Under the pieces are notes generated by a model. The model searched no databases. It was not told the DNA's origin and saw only the letters and a program-made list of their open reading frames with translations. From assembly GCA_964016885.1 (NCBI GenBank), contig OZ024742.1, positions 26,784,001 through 26,848,000 of the forward strand: a DNA stretch of 64,000 bases, in the 5' to 3' direction. This DNA is from Eledone cirrhosa. Lineage: Eukaryota. Of this stretch, positions 1 to 13,662 are shown in pieces. Within the stretch, counting starts at the first letter, position 1. Every line of letters starts with the position of its first letter. A program made the translations under genes and the position numbers.

Positions 1-264
1 TTTCGACTAGGTTTGATGGTCTTTATTCTCTCTCGTCCACGATTTCACAGTACTTATATTCATAGAATTCTGGGACTTGACTCCTTCTTCCTCTCTTTTC
101 GCTGCATTACCATCTTTAATTGTTTACAGTCGCGCTCGTTCCCCTTGTTTACGTGTCCCAACGACATTCTTTAGCCGTTGCTCGCACCAACCGGAGGTAT
201 ATGGTCTTTAAAGCGATGAAATACCAATGAAGGTTGGAAGATCACTGATGAAGGACTAACTTTA

Positions 265-311
<47 letters not shown>

Positions 312-319
<8 letters not shown>

Positions 320-1634
320 ATATGTATGTGATGAAACACAGATACCAACACATCTGTATATATATTGCAAAAGAAAAATTTAGCCAGATTGAAGTATACT
401 AATTATTATACTACAGTTTGTCCATTTCGATTTAAAATAATAAATCAACAAAGACAAACTGCATTGCCAAGAGGCTATGATGTTTAGACACATTTAAATT
501 TCAAAATCAAACCTGTTCCGTAGATAAGTTTAAAATTTAAAATCCAAATAGGTTTCGAGATAAATAAGTGTAGGAATATCATGTCCTGCCCTCCTCAGTA
601 AACATCCAGGGACAAATTGATATGCTTCACTTCTAAATAATTTAAAAGACTGCGTGACGCACATGGTTTAACAGTATCTAGCTAGTCTCATAACCGTACT
701 GCTAGAAATAACAGTCGTATATATGAGGCGGCTTTCAGCTCAGACTAGGAGCAGTTATATTAATAAGGTAATGAATTCTTTTACAATGGAATTAGCTCGA
801 AGGAGGAAAATACCCACTGAGCCGTGTATAAACTAATATGTATGTGATGAAACACAGATACCAACACATCTGTATATATATTTCAAAAGAAAAATTTAGC
901 CAGATTGAAGTATACTAACTATTATACTACAGTTTGTCCATTTCGATTTAAAATAATAAATCAACAAAGACGAACTGCATTGCCAAGAGGCTATGATGTT
1001 TAGACACATTTAAATTTCAAAATCAAACCTGTTCCGTAGATAAGTTTAGTTTATACACGGCTCAGTGGGTATTTTCCTCCTTCGAGCTAATTCCATTGTA
1101 AAAGAATTCATTACCTTATTAATATAACTGCTCCTAGTCTGAGCTGAAAGCCGCCTCATATATACGACTGTTATTTCTAGCAGTACGGTTATGAGACTAG
1201 CTAGATACTGTTAAACCATGTGCGTCACGCAATCTTTTAAATTATTTAAAAGTGAAGCATATCAATGTATCCCTGGATGTTTACTGAGGAGAGCAGGACA
1301 TGATATTCCTATACTTATTTATCTCGAAACATATTTGGATTTTAAAGTTTAAACTTATCTACGGAACAGGTTTGATTTTGAAATTTAAATGTGTCTAAAC
1401 ATCATAGCCTCTTGGCAATGCAGTTCGTCTTTGTTGATTTATTATTTTAAATCGAAATGGACAAACTGTAGTATAATAATTAGTATACTTCAATCTGGCT
1501 AAATTTTTCTTTTGCAATATATATACAGATGTGTTGGTATCTGTGTTTCATCACATACATATTAGTTTATACACGGCTCAGTGGGTATTTTCCTCCTTCG
1601 AGCTAATTCCATTGTAAAAGAATTCATTACCTTA

Positions 1635-1640
<6 letters not shown>
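312..1640. mobile_element. Non-autonomous HHR element: ~517-nt tandem monomer, 1.4 units forward (312-1047) plus ~1.15 units inverted (1046-1640), in (TA)n
   Basis: TAAACTAATATGTATGTG recurs at ~313 and ~829. The inverted part repeats TAGTTTATACACGGCTCAG at ~1047 and ~1563. (TA)n flanks both sides, and there is no ORF. Confidence 0.85.
1279..1354 (+). ncRNA. Hammerhead ribozyme-like motif (type I); mutated inverted copy at ~528-603 (-)
   Basis: gttta CTGAGGA GAG...CTC GAAA c...g TT taaac. Stem I gttta/taaac, stem II GAG/CTC, stem III weak (2 bp). Confidence 0.55.
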
Positions 1641-1688
<48 letters not shown>

Positions 1689-1716
1689 TATGTTTTGAAA
1701 CAGTGAGCGAGTTTGA

Positions 1717-1830
1717 AATTAGAAATATAAGCTTTCACCGTATTTTTGACTAAATACATTTTTAGACTGATAGTTAGAATCTCAGGCTAAACATTCCTTT
1801 AGTCAAAAATACGGTGAAAGCTTATATTTC

Positions 1831-1835
<5 letters not shown>
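1717..1835. repeat. 38-bp inverted repeat island in (TA)n, related to family-A stem II
   Basis: 1717-1754 vs 1798-1835. It contains aggctaaacattc...ttagtc as at 9567-9590, followed by GAAAGCTT. Confidence 0.7.
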
Positions 1836-1889
<54 letters not shown>

Positions 1890-1890
1890 A

Positions 1891-1951
<61 letters not shown>

Positions 1952-2049
1952 GTGTGTGTGTGTGCATAAATGCTCACACAGAGTTATAAATGCATATAAC
2001 TGAAACAGCGACAAGAAAATACATAAGTGTATGTATGTATATATGGTAA

Positions 2050-2378
2050 ACGCTAAACAAATCCTTCGGTCACTATTGACCACGCGGTTAGTATGTAGGC
2101 CTCCCCTCAGCATGATGTATTTTGGTGCAAATCAAGCAGTCACCTACGCACACCACACTCCACCCTCCATGTCAACGTCGTTGTCCAAGGGAAACGCATT
2201 AGCGGATACGGCTTGGCACCGGAGAGGTCACAACTCATTTCTACTGCTGAATAAACTGGTGCCACGTGAAATGAAGTCTCTTGTTCAAGAGCACAACCCA
2301 CAGCTATATCCAGGAATCAAATACACAGTTAAAGGATTGTAAGCCCGACGTTCGAACCACTAGGGCATGCACCTTCAC
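2050..2378 (-). mobile_element. tRNA-derived SINE
   Basis: The minus strand reads gaaggtgcatgccctagtggttcgaacg (A box) ... tttgattcctgg (B-box-like) ... ttgaacaagagacttcatttcacg. It resembles copies at 34465, 57760, 58800 and 61295. Confidence 0.7.
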
Positions 2379-2560
2379 CATGTATGTATGCATACATATG
2401 TATGTATATAGTGTATATATATATTCGTGGGTGCCTGTAAATATACATATATATGTATATAAACAGACTATATATATGCAGTATATATATATATATATAT
2501 ATATGTGTGTATGTGCGTGTATGTGTGTAAACAATATATATGTATACAGTATATATATAT

Positions 2561-2761
2561 AACGAAGGAGTTGTGGTAAGTAACCAGATGGATCATAACG
2601 CACCAGAATACTCAATACTTTGGGTAGTAGAATGGGTAATAGAAAAATGTATGACCCCGACGGCAGAGCTGAAGCCGTTTCGACGGCATTTCTGGACTAA
2701 ATTCCAATTTAGTTCAGCCGTCGAAACGGCTTGAGCTCTGCCGTAGGGGGTCATACATTAT

Positions 2762-2764
<3 letters not shown>
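2561..2764. mobile_element. Family A PLE-like terminus, fold-back copy in (TA)n
   Basis: Shared terminus AACGAAGGAxTTGTGGTAAGxAACCAGATGG, plus an inverted arm agccgtcgaaacggcttgagctctgccg. Confidence 0.85.
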
Positions 2765-2818
<54 letters not shown>

Positions 2819-3272
2819 TTTAGTACAGCATAGACGAAGCTCTAGTATACGGCCAAGCTAGCGTGTATGCTTATTCGGTTTGTAGCTTTAGCACTCAGAT
2901 GAGGTAAGACCCCAGAGTATAACATTATGTTCAGACAGCTTAGCAAATTAGATATAGCAGTCGGCAGTCCGACCGCATCACTAGAGCAACGAAAATACAG
3001 GACCCAGGTAAAGATGTTTTTACTGACCTGGACATAACGCTTGGGCTGGGTTTAAAATATATAATCCACATGGTGTTTCCACAATATTGATCGCAAAATC
3101 GCACGCAACGACAACGCTAAGTTTTTGCAAATCCATGATCGACAAATTCCTATTGCAGGAGTCTGCAGTATAATGGTTTTTGAATATATATGTATATATA
3201 TATAAATATATATATATATACGTGTTTGTGTGTTTGTGTGCGTGTACATATACATATATATGTATGTAAAAG

Positions 3273-3324
<52 letters not shown>

Positions 3325-4180
3325 AGTGTGTGTATGTGAGTGTGTGCATTATCCATTTATTATTGTAGGAGCGCACATTCCGTAACAAACTACATGTTAA
3401 TAATGCGTAACTCTTAATCAGTTTAACCCCTTTTTCATATCTTTTCTTTGTTTGGCAGGATTATGGAGTTTTTATGGGAAAGGAGTCAATTTGTATACAT
3501 GATTAACGGAGATAAGCTTCACATATATATATATATATACAAATGACTATAAGCCACAAACGTATTAAAGGATTTATTAGCGTCGACGGAATTATCTCTT
3601 TTAGAAAAACAATATCCCGTAATTTTTTTTAGGGAATGGCTAATTCGGTATTTTAGGGAACGTCTAGATACCTAGAAGTATTTAAGGAGCGGTTTTTTTA
3701 ATCCATTACCTTTATCTGTATTTTGAGTTGTATTATGATTCATTATTCAAATATTGATTGAATGTATATACGTCAGGGTGCATGTATATATGTTTGTATA
3801 TGTGAGTACGTGTAAACGTTTGTAGATTATTGCCCAAAGTATGGTGTGTTTGTAAACACGCATATGCACACGCATATATACAAACATACTAACACATGTT
3901 ACTTCTACTTGCAACTTAACTTCACGAGCAGGCTGTTCTGTTGATCGAATCAAGTGGATCACTCGTCGTGATAACCGACGGAGTGCCAGTTTGCATATAC
4001 ATACATCCTTCTATGAAAAAGCTTAACGCAACAATCTGCTTCCTTTATGCTTTAACACCACAAATTGCTTTCTATTTAAGAAGTATACATCTTTCTTAAG
4101 ATTGTAAAGACGATATCACACATTTTAAATTAAAAGTCGGAGTGCGTAATTCAATAAATAGATACGTACATACATTTATA

Positions 4181-4237
<57 letters not shown>

Positions 4238-4319
4238 GGTATATATTGAGTCGTATATTATATATTATATATATCTTATATATATTATATATATTTTATA
4301 TATATTATATATATCTTTC

Positions 4320-4790
4320 TTAGAGCTATTTTGTTGTAAGAGACTATTTTGAGTTCCTAACTCAATTTATACCTTTAATATATTCGGCTCCGTTAATTTG
4401 TTGAGCAATTTCAAATGTCGTATAAACCTGGCTGCTATTTTTAGTGGTGTGGGTTTGTGAGACTCGCTAGGATGCCATGTGCGCTGTTTTATATTTTATA
4501 TATAGCATACATAGATGTGTCTAGGATATTAATTCATCACCCGCTGATGAGCTTGGATTGGTATTTCTATTCACAATTAATTTTGCGAAACAACACCCAG
4601 TTTTCTGGGTGATTGGTAGTTACCATAATTCCGGTTTGAATTTTTTTTTCTTAATTTTTTCTTAAATTGAGACAAGCGAACCCAATTGTCTATAGTTAGT
4701 ATTCTTTTCACCTTAGCGGATCAGGTCCTTTACGATGTGAACACATATATCTATATATCTCTGTTCGTTTTTCTTTTATATTCTATTATA
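4320..4790 (+). mobile_element. HHR-carrying island related to the 517-nt family; HHR at ~4538-4622
   Basis: CTGATGA GC...GC GAAA caa cacccag tttt ctgggtg attg GTA, with poor stem I. 4430-4485 resembles 1166-1228. Confidence 0.55.
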
Positions 4791-4849
4791 TATGTATATA
4801 TATATTATTCAAAATATTAACAAATGAAAAATATTCTCATAATCAAAAT

Positions 4850-4982
4850 ATATACTTTATTATATATATTTCAAATGTACTGTGTTGTTTTTTTCAGTAC
4901 GTCCTCATCATACAAGATATATAATTTGACATATGACATACCGCTACAGTCTTGATTATTCAATTCCAGTATTGGCAGTCAA
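4850..4982 (-). mobile_element. Decayed family B HHR element
   Basis: Minus strand: gtaTGATGAggacgtactg...cagtacattt GAAA tatatata ataaagta, homologous to 5143-5209. Confidence 0.7.
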
Positions 4983-5003
4983 TATATATATATATATATA
5001 TAT

Positions 5004-5709
<706 letters not shown>

Positions 5710-5773
5710 TGAGAGAAAGAGAGATGTGTGTGGTGTGTATACAAATACACATGTCTCGCTCTCTCTCTCTCTC

Positions 5774-5826
<53 letters not shown>

Positions 5827-6900
5827 CTGTGTGTGTGTGTGTATGCATGCATGAGACTCTATGTGTGTCTGTATACATGTGTGTAAGTAGTTAAGGGCAA
5901 AAATCAAGGAGAAAACATGTACCCATTATAAGAGTAGTGATTTCGGAGAGCCAGAAATTTCATAAATCAGTCATTTCAACAATTAATTAAAGAAAAGTAT
6001 TTAAGCCAAATGAATGATATATAGTGGAGACAATTGAATTTCTAAACATTGTTTGAAAGAATAAAATTTCAAAGAAAGGTTATACTTATATGGCCATAAA
6101 ACCGTTGTATGAAAAGAAGAGGGAAGGAGTGAAAGGGTGTTGTGTGAAACCGTTACAATAGTAAATGTAAAGAAATAAACGAGGGAAGGAAGAAATACGA
6201 AAACTGGCAAGAAACCAATGCAAATATTTACGTGGAAAATATGGAAAGGTAGAAAAATAATATGAAAGTCATATGTAAATAAGCAGATTTGAAAGACTTG
6301 TAATAAAAACGAATTCTAAAGAGGAAAAAATGCTCAAAACAGCGGATTTAGAAAAAAGAAATGATATAATATATTGACTACACATATAAAATTAGAAAAT
6401 TTAAATATGTTTAAAGAATATTTTTTAATGCTTGTATATGTCATTCGAAATGTATTGAAATCTGAAAAATGAAAATGGTGAATTTCTAGGAAAATGTGTT
6501 GAGATAGCATCGAACATGACGATCGTTCTCATACACGTCAAAGTGGGTGACGTTCAGGAGATAAAATATGAAAAATTATATATTTGAATCCGTTTCGATA
6601 GGAACCCTCTAAGTCGGATTTTCATTAATACATTGACATAATGAAATAAAATAAAGACCACCTCATTTAAACACATTATAACGTTCGTCTGGGTGCAATG
6701 ATGATAAGTTCATGAAATAGAAACTATGTTTTGTTTTTATTGACGTGATCAGGTATATTGTGCAGAAATTCAATAGCACTGTTAAAAAGATAAAAAGTAT
6801 TTCATTGTGCTTGAAAGTATAGATATACTCGAAAACCCATGTTTTGAATACATACATATATATATGCCGACTCATATGTATGTATATATATATATATATA

Positions 6901-6934
<34 letters not shown>

Positions 6935-6939
<5 letters not shown>

Positions 6940-7392
6940 TAAAGGGAAACTATCTTTATAAAACCATATTTATTTTATTATATATATTTCAAGGGTACTA
7001 AATTTGTTGATAAGCACTCATCAAATAAAATACAAAAGTTGTTTTATAGATAGTGACATATTCAAGAACAAGAACCTATCCTTTTAAGTTGTGTTTGACT
7101 ATTTAAGTTGTGTTTGACTATTCAAACAGAACTTAAAACGATATCTTCTTGTTCTTGAAAATGTCACAATCTAGAAAACAACTTTTGTATTTTATCTGAT
7201 GAGAGCGTACCAAAAAATCTTGGTACCCTTAAAATATATAAATATATATAATAAAATAGATATGGTTTTATAATGATAGTTTGCATTTATTTATATTATT
7301 GATATTATACTCCAGAAGAAACACTGTAGAGTGCTTCCAATCTGTTATAAATAAATTTGTTGAATAACCAACAAATTAAATAACTCTTTGCT
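6935..7392. mobile_element. Older family B-like fold-back element with two decayed HHRs (6971-7032 -, 7188-7258 +)
   Basis: Inverted arms ~6935-7097 / ~7122-7295. tattttat CTGATGA gagcgtaccaa..ttggtaccctt AAAA (G12 lost). Confidence 0.75.
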
Positions 7393-7622
7393 TATATGTA
7401 TACATATGCACACACACAAGATATAATATATGTGTGTGTGTAGGTGTGTGTATATATATATATCAGGATTGAACCAGTATGAAAATAGTTTCACAATTAT
7501 TCAACAGAGTACTCGATACTTTGTATAGTAAAGTGAGACTATATTAGAAAGGGGAGGGCCTTTCCAAGTATGGAACTAACTGTTAAAACGGGATTATCTC
7601 AGCAATCGATCCCCGCTTGTTT

Positions 7623-7691
<69 letters not shown>

Positions 7692-7789
7692 ATACTTGGG
7701 GGGATCATATTTGTGTAATATTGCCAGAATTAATAACAGAAGACACTCGTAAAACTAATTCATCGCCGTTATATATATATATATATATA

Positions 7790-8430
7790 TGAATATATAT
7801 ATAGTGTATTTTACAATACACTATATGCTTAATTAAAAGCATTTTGAAGATCTACGCTATTCTTTGAAAGTAGTGACTATGTCACTTACTTACTTTTTCA
7901 ACAAACAAAGGGAGATAAGCTGACATATCGTACTCTTGGTACTCCTCAGAGCTTAGCCCTCCCTTTGCCTGCTGAAAATTAAGAATGTTGGATTCTTATA
8001 GAATTCCAGTAATAATCAGGAACTGATTATACAGAGCGGTTGCCGGTCCAGCAAAAATTTCAAATTAGAATTGGTGCTCTGAAATAGCGATATATATATG
8101 AATGTATATATAGTATATTTTGCAATACACTGTATGATTAATTAAAAGTATTTTGAAGACCTTACGCTATTACTGGAATTCTATAAGAATCCAACATTCA
8201 TAATTTTCAGCAGGCAAAGGGAGTGCTAATCTCTGAGGAGTACCAACAGTACGACACAGAGATCTGTCAGGTTATCTCCCTTTGTTTGCTGAAAAAAGAA
8301 GTAAGTGACATAGTCACTACTTTAAAACAATAGCGTAAGGTCTTCTAAATGCTTCTAATGAAGCATAAAGTTTATCACAAAATACACTATATATACATTC
8401 ATATATATATCGTTATTTCAGAGGCACTAA

Positions 8431-8476
<46 letters not shown>

Positions 8477-8535
8477 TTAGTACCTCTGAAATAACGATAT
8501 ATATATGAATGTATATATAGTGTATTTTGTGATAT
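7790..8535. mobile_element. Family C: ~310-320-nt tandem monomer (7790-8170), inverted copy (8168-8437) and fragment (8471-8535), in (TA)n
   Basis: GAATxTATATATAGT recurs at 7791 and 8100. Inversion at gctat|tactggaattc. No ORF. Confidence 0.85.
8228..8273 (+). ncRNA. Hammerhead ribozyme motif (A14 variant); internally deleted copy at 7916-7954 (-)
   Basis: aatct CTGAGGA gtac caaca gtac GACA cag agat ctg TC aggtt. All three stems pair. Confidence 0.7.
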
Positions 8536-8540
8536 ATATA

Positions 8541-9641
8541 TAACAAAGGAATTGTGGTAAGGAACCAGATTGACCATAACGCACCAGAGTACTCAATACT
8601 TAGGGTAGTAGAGTGGGAAATAGGAAAAAGTATGACCCCGACAGCAGATCTCAAGCCGTTTTTGGACTAAATTAGAATTTTTAGCCGAACTTGTCAAGGG
8701 GGTACTTCCTTATATGGGAAGATTGTAGTTTTCAAGAGGATTGGTTAAAATTTGTTGTAAACACAAGTAAGTCTATCATGGCATTTGGTGTGTGGTAGGG
8801 GTGGCTGAACTTGCCTGTAGAACAATAGGGGTGTGAGTGGAGCGGTTAAGCGTTGAAAGTGATATGTATACAACAGATTCTAAGCATAATGTATGAAGTG
8901 GAGGAGGGAGGTTATAGAATAGGTAAATCGAATGAGAGTAGGAGACAATAGAAGATACTAGAAAGAAAGAAAAAATAAATAAAATTAGAAAGTGAGAAAT
9001 GAATAATAAAAATCACAATGCTATCTTATAATTACAGGTTAATCAGTTGAGAATAGAAAAAACTTATAGAAATTACAAAACTGATACACATTAAAGGGGT
9101 TTAACACAACTGCTATAAGTAGTTAGTAAAACGTATTCGGCCAATTCTATCTTAAAATTACAGGGGTGGGGGAACTGATGCTACAGACGCCCGATGGGCT
9201 GCGTCGGGCTAGGCGAAAGGGGAGAAGCAGACGAGGAAGAAAATAGGGGGTGGAAGGAAGTGATAGGATGAGACAGGGGGAAGAAGAAGACAAAGAGGAA
9301 AAGAAAAGAGATACATCTACCTATGTAAGCTGGGGTTTCCCCTAACTTTTTCGGCAAGTGGGGGGGGGGGTATCAGCCCTTGTCTACCCACCCGGGTCGT
9401 TTTGGGGTTTAAGGGCGAGGTAAGTCCTACGCAATCTGTGTTTGCATGCGGTTACCAGTTCGGTTACTTATTTGTGTTTACAACAAATTTTAACCAATCC
9501 TCTTGACAACTACAATCTTCCCATATAAGGAAGTACCCTCTTGACAAGTTCGGCTATTTATTCACCAGGCTAAACATTCTAATTTAGTCCAGAAATAGCC
9601 GTCGAATCGGCTTGAGCTCTGCCGTCGAGGTCATTCTTTTT

Positions 9642-9645
<4 letters not shown>
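8541..9645. mobile_element. Longest family A copy: ~920-nt minus-strand body plus inverted arm 9465-9645
   Basis: Family A terminus at 8541. 8620-8772 is inverted at 9465-9645. (TA)n lies on both sides. Confidence 0.85.
9537..9630 (+). ncRNA. Hammerhead ribozyme, U3-A8 core variant with branched stem II
   Basis: cctc TTGACAA gtt cggctattt..ggctaaa/tttagtc..aaatagccg tc GAA(T) cggc ttgagctct gccg TC gagg. Other family copies have GAAA. Confidence 0.7.
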
Positions 9646-9689
<44 letters not shown>

Positions 9690-9984
9690 ACCGATAGTTT
9701 CCCTAGTGTGAACGTAAATACATCTACAAGAAACCCAGAGCTATCCATGCAAAAAGACCTACGGGTGTTCTAATCCTTACAAAATCGTTCGGATAGTCAG
9801 GGTGAAACTCGGTCTCAAGTCAGCTAGAAACTATACGCCTATACTCAATCTCAGACATCAACCATATTTCTTGACCCTTCTATTCGGTGAACGAAGATTC
9901 GACCCGCACCAACTATTAGTGTAAGACAGGCCTTATCATGCTGCAGTTGTCATATAACGTAGTTTTTGTATAATGGGTACTGAT

Positions 9985-10372
9985 GAAGGCTCAAGGCTAA
10001 CAATTTGGGGGTTGGGGAAAGTTCATTAAATCAACGCCAGTGCCTTAAGGATTAAGGGCAAAGCTAAAATTGGCAGGATTTAAGATCTAAAGGTAAAGGG
10101 CCGTAACTATGTAAAGCAATTCCAGTTTGTCCGACGTTTTACCGATACTGCAAATCCATCACCCTTAGCTTTTGTATAATAACAGCAATAATATATATGT
10201 TCTTATATATGTATATACGAGACGTGCTTCTACAGTTTCCGTCTACAAATCTCAACTAATATGGCATTGGTCAACCTAACTCTTTCTCATTGACCAATGA
10301 GGCGGGCATGAACTCATAAACACGTCGTTGCTAAGCGAATTCCTTACCCACAGAGCTATGCCGGTGCATTAT
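9985..10372 (-). mobile_element. Two decayed tRNA-SINE copies
   Basis: Similar to SINEs at 16553-16995 and 43755-43940 (ccgatactgcxaatcc head). The second has gagttcatgcc (B-box-like) on the minus strand. Confidence 0.55.
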
Positions 10373-10791
10373 GGAAGTATGTGTGTATGAGGGTAAAGTA
10401 AGTATGTATATACTGGTGTATATTATTTAGAGTTTGTGAATAAGTATGTATGAGGGTATGTAACCACATAAGTATTTGCGAATACATTTTTATATGTGTA
10501 GGATATGTATATGGTATGTGTATAGAAATGGACACGAATTATATACGTGGTACGTATAAATATGTGTGCGTGTGTGTGTATGTATGTATATATGTATATA
10601 TATATGTGTGCATATATATGTGTGTGTATATATATATATATGTGTGTATATATATATATATGTGTGTGTGTATATGTATATATATATATATATATATATA
10701 CATATACACACACATATATATACACACATATATATATATATGCACACATATATATATAATATATATATATACATACATAGACACACACACA

Positions 10792-10825
<34 letters not shown>

Positions 10826-11524
10826 ACCTCGCCGTTTCAAGATGTATTTCTAACAGAATATTTCTGAAGTTATCACATATGTTTACTTTATTCAAAGCCA
10901 TCATAAACAATGCCGTATTTTCTTCTCTCGGTAAAAACACATCCATTAACAGACGTCAGATTCTCACACTGTCACTGTCTCTCATATTCAATAACCGTGT
11001 ATGTTTATCTATCTTTGTTTGTTTGTTGCTGAGATTGTTTTGCCTGATATCAACGACGGTGGATTGCTACCACTGTTCCAGTGTAGGATTAATTGCATTA
11101 CTTATTTTCAGTCGTTCTCTGTATTGTACGATCGAATCATACCACGGTCATCTTTATCTGTCACAATTGTATGTATGGGATGGTCCTGTAACTCCGATGC
11201 GAAACGTAGGGGCACCTTATTGGAACATAGTGTTTCTAGGGAATTTCTGTAAAACTAAGTAAGACCCATCTTCTCTCCATGTTTGAATACAGGAGACTTC
11301 TTCCAGAGAAGGATAGAGAAACTGAGCGAAAACATTCGAGAGATATGGTACGGTACTGTAATAACTGATGAAATCGTACGGCCACCGCATTCACATACGG
11401 CATTTCTAGGGCACCTTTTAAAATCTAGCGTTGCCCATCTCCCATCCAGGTCTCAATACAGGAGATTCATTTCAGAGAAAGACAGAGAGAGTGAGAGAAT
11501 GGGAGTGAAAAAGAGATATAGAGG

Positions 11525-12090
11525 ATGAATCGACTCCAGTACTAGACTGGAACATTGTTATCGACCGCGAATAAATGAAAGTCAAAGTTGACCTCGGCGG
11601 GATTTTAACTGAGAGAGCAGAGAATCGAAACAAATACCGCAGGATATTCTATCTGGCGTTCTAACGAGTCGCCGCATATTAGCCTTCATTACGATGTAAA
11701 TAAAATAATGAACAAATAATGTTAGAAACGCTATTTTTATGATAAACTTGATATGTTTAGGCAAACGTATGTTAGTTGTCATTGCTCGACATCATATTTT
11801 TATTTTAATACTCTCCTTGACTAATTTGAGCCCAAATGTGCAGAAATAAAAATACCACTCCGTTTAAATCTGTCTAAATATTTTAATTTAAGGCATATGG
11901 CCAGCAATTTTCATAGATAGGAAAGTTCGGTATATTGACCTCTGAACATGACGGCTAGTTAATTGCAACGACTCAGAAAGGATGAAAGGCAAAGGGAACT
12001 TCGGTGTGATTCGAACATAGAATCTAAAATACCGGGAAAAATACGCAAAGCAGGCGATCGAACGCTTTACTAATTCTGGCAATCAACCGC
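11525..12090 (-). mobile_element. Two tRNA-SINE copies (~11525-11690, ~11960-12090)
   Basis: atgaaagtcaaagttgacctcggcgggattttaactgag and ggatgaaaggcaaagggaacttcggtgtgattcgaac match the family core. Confidence 0.65.
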
Positions 12091-12780
12091 ATGTAATCTT
12101 TGTACAATTAAAAAAGTTGGCTATATTTGGGGAGGGTCATGTTGACCTAATATTGTCAAAAGACAGTAAAACACACTGACTTTGGTTTCCTTTTCACTTC
12201 AGTATGTTTTTTTTGTTCATAATTCAGCTGTAAATCAATGTTTTTCATTGATTGACCAACAGTTAAAAATAAAATATGATTTATCAAACTTTTTCATAAT
12301 ACATTTCTGTGACATCTTCATAAATTCTTTACAGCAATTCTTACATAATGTGTTAATATTTTCATTCTGTAAATCTCTCTGAATAGCGAGACGATATATT
12401 GTTGAAAACGTTCTTTAAACTTCACGTGTTATATCTTCCAGAGAGCAATGTAGTCTAAAGTATTGTAACCACTGGGTAGCGGGATAGACATCTGGGTCGT
12501 TTTTACATTGTTGAAAGCTTTCAGCTTCATATAGTTCAGCTTCATATTAATACAGGAATCTCAAATAATGCGTAAGTGATAATCGGTTAGGGCCCAGGGC
12601 AATAGCAATTGAGGGGGCAGTCATGTAGAAGATCCCGGAGTAGTAAGTAGGTACGGTAAATGTTTTAAGTTCCATTACGTTTTTTCTCTTTGTGTTGTAC
12701 GATTCCCTATATATGTATATATGTTTATATATACATACATACACACACATACACGCATACACACGCACACACACACACAT

Positions 12781-12816
<36 letters not shown>

Positions 12817-12883
12817 GTATATATATACATATATAAATTAAATATAACTTCTGCATATAAACATATATATATATGTCTATATA

Positions 12884-12945
<62 letters not shown>

Positions 12946-13012
12946 TATATGTATATATATGTATGTATGTATATATGTATGTGTATATATATATACATAA
13001 ATATATATATAT

Positions 13013-13097
<85 letters not shown>

Positions 13098-13160
13098 TAT
13101 AACCACATATATCGTATTTTGTTTCCTTTTCATTGTTCTAAATATATACACATATGTATT

Positions 13161-13223
<63 letters not shown>

Positions 13224-13453
13224 CTCAACCTTATATAAAGAGATAGAGTGAGAGAGAGGGTACAGTGTTTTATAATGTGCTTTGAACATGCAGGGGTCGT
13301 TGTGCATCACTGAAGACCTATGTTTTATATCAAGATGAATGTCGCCAATATGATTCGCTGGTAGAAGGCCATCTCTCTCTCTCTCTCTCCCGCTGATCTC
13401 AATCAAACCATAATCAGACACGCTTTCAGTCTTGTAGCCACATACACATGCGT

Positions 13454-13507
<54 letters not shown>

Positions 13508-13615
13508 ACGTTATCTCTCTCCCTCTCTCTCTCTTCCCCCTCTCTCTCTTTCTCACACATCCATATATATATATATAAATATATATATGTATAAATATAT
13601 ATATATACATACATA

Positions 13616-13662
<47 letters not shown>

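Noticed and set aside
701-714. GCTAGAAATA resembling the Cas9 sgRNA scaffold
   Set aside because: Only a GAAA-tetraloop hairpin match; the flanks do not match the scaffold.
8023-8095. CTGATTA..agagc/gctct GAAA as an antisense HHR in family C
   Set aside because: G8 is missing, there is no stem I, and CTGATTAT is paired in a local hairpin with ATAATCAG.
12100-12480. Possible hAT transposase relic on the minus strand (KFKERFQ)
   Set aside because: Single short motif with no sustained frame.
9975-13330. Isolated CTGANGA boxes (9980, 11365, 13310; also 30506)
   Set aside because: No stem II-GAAA-stem III arrangement downstream.
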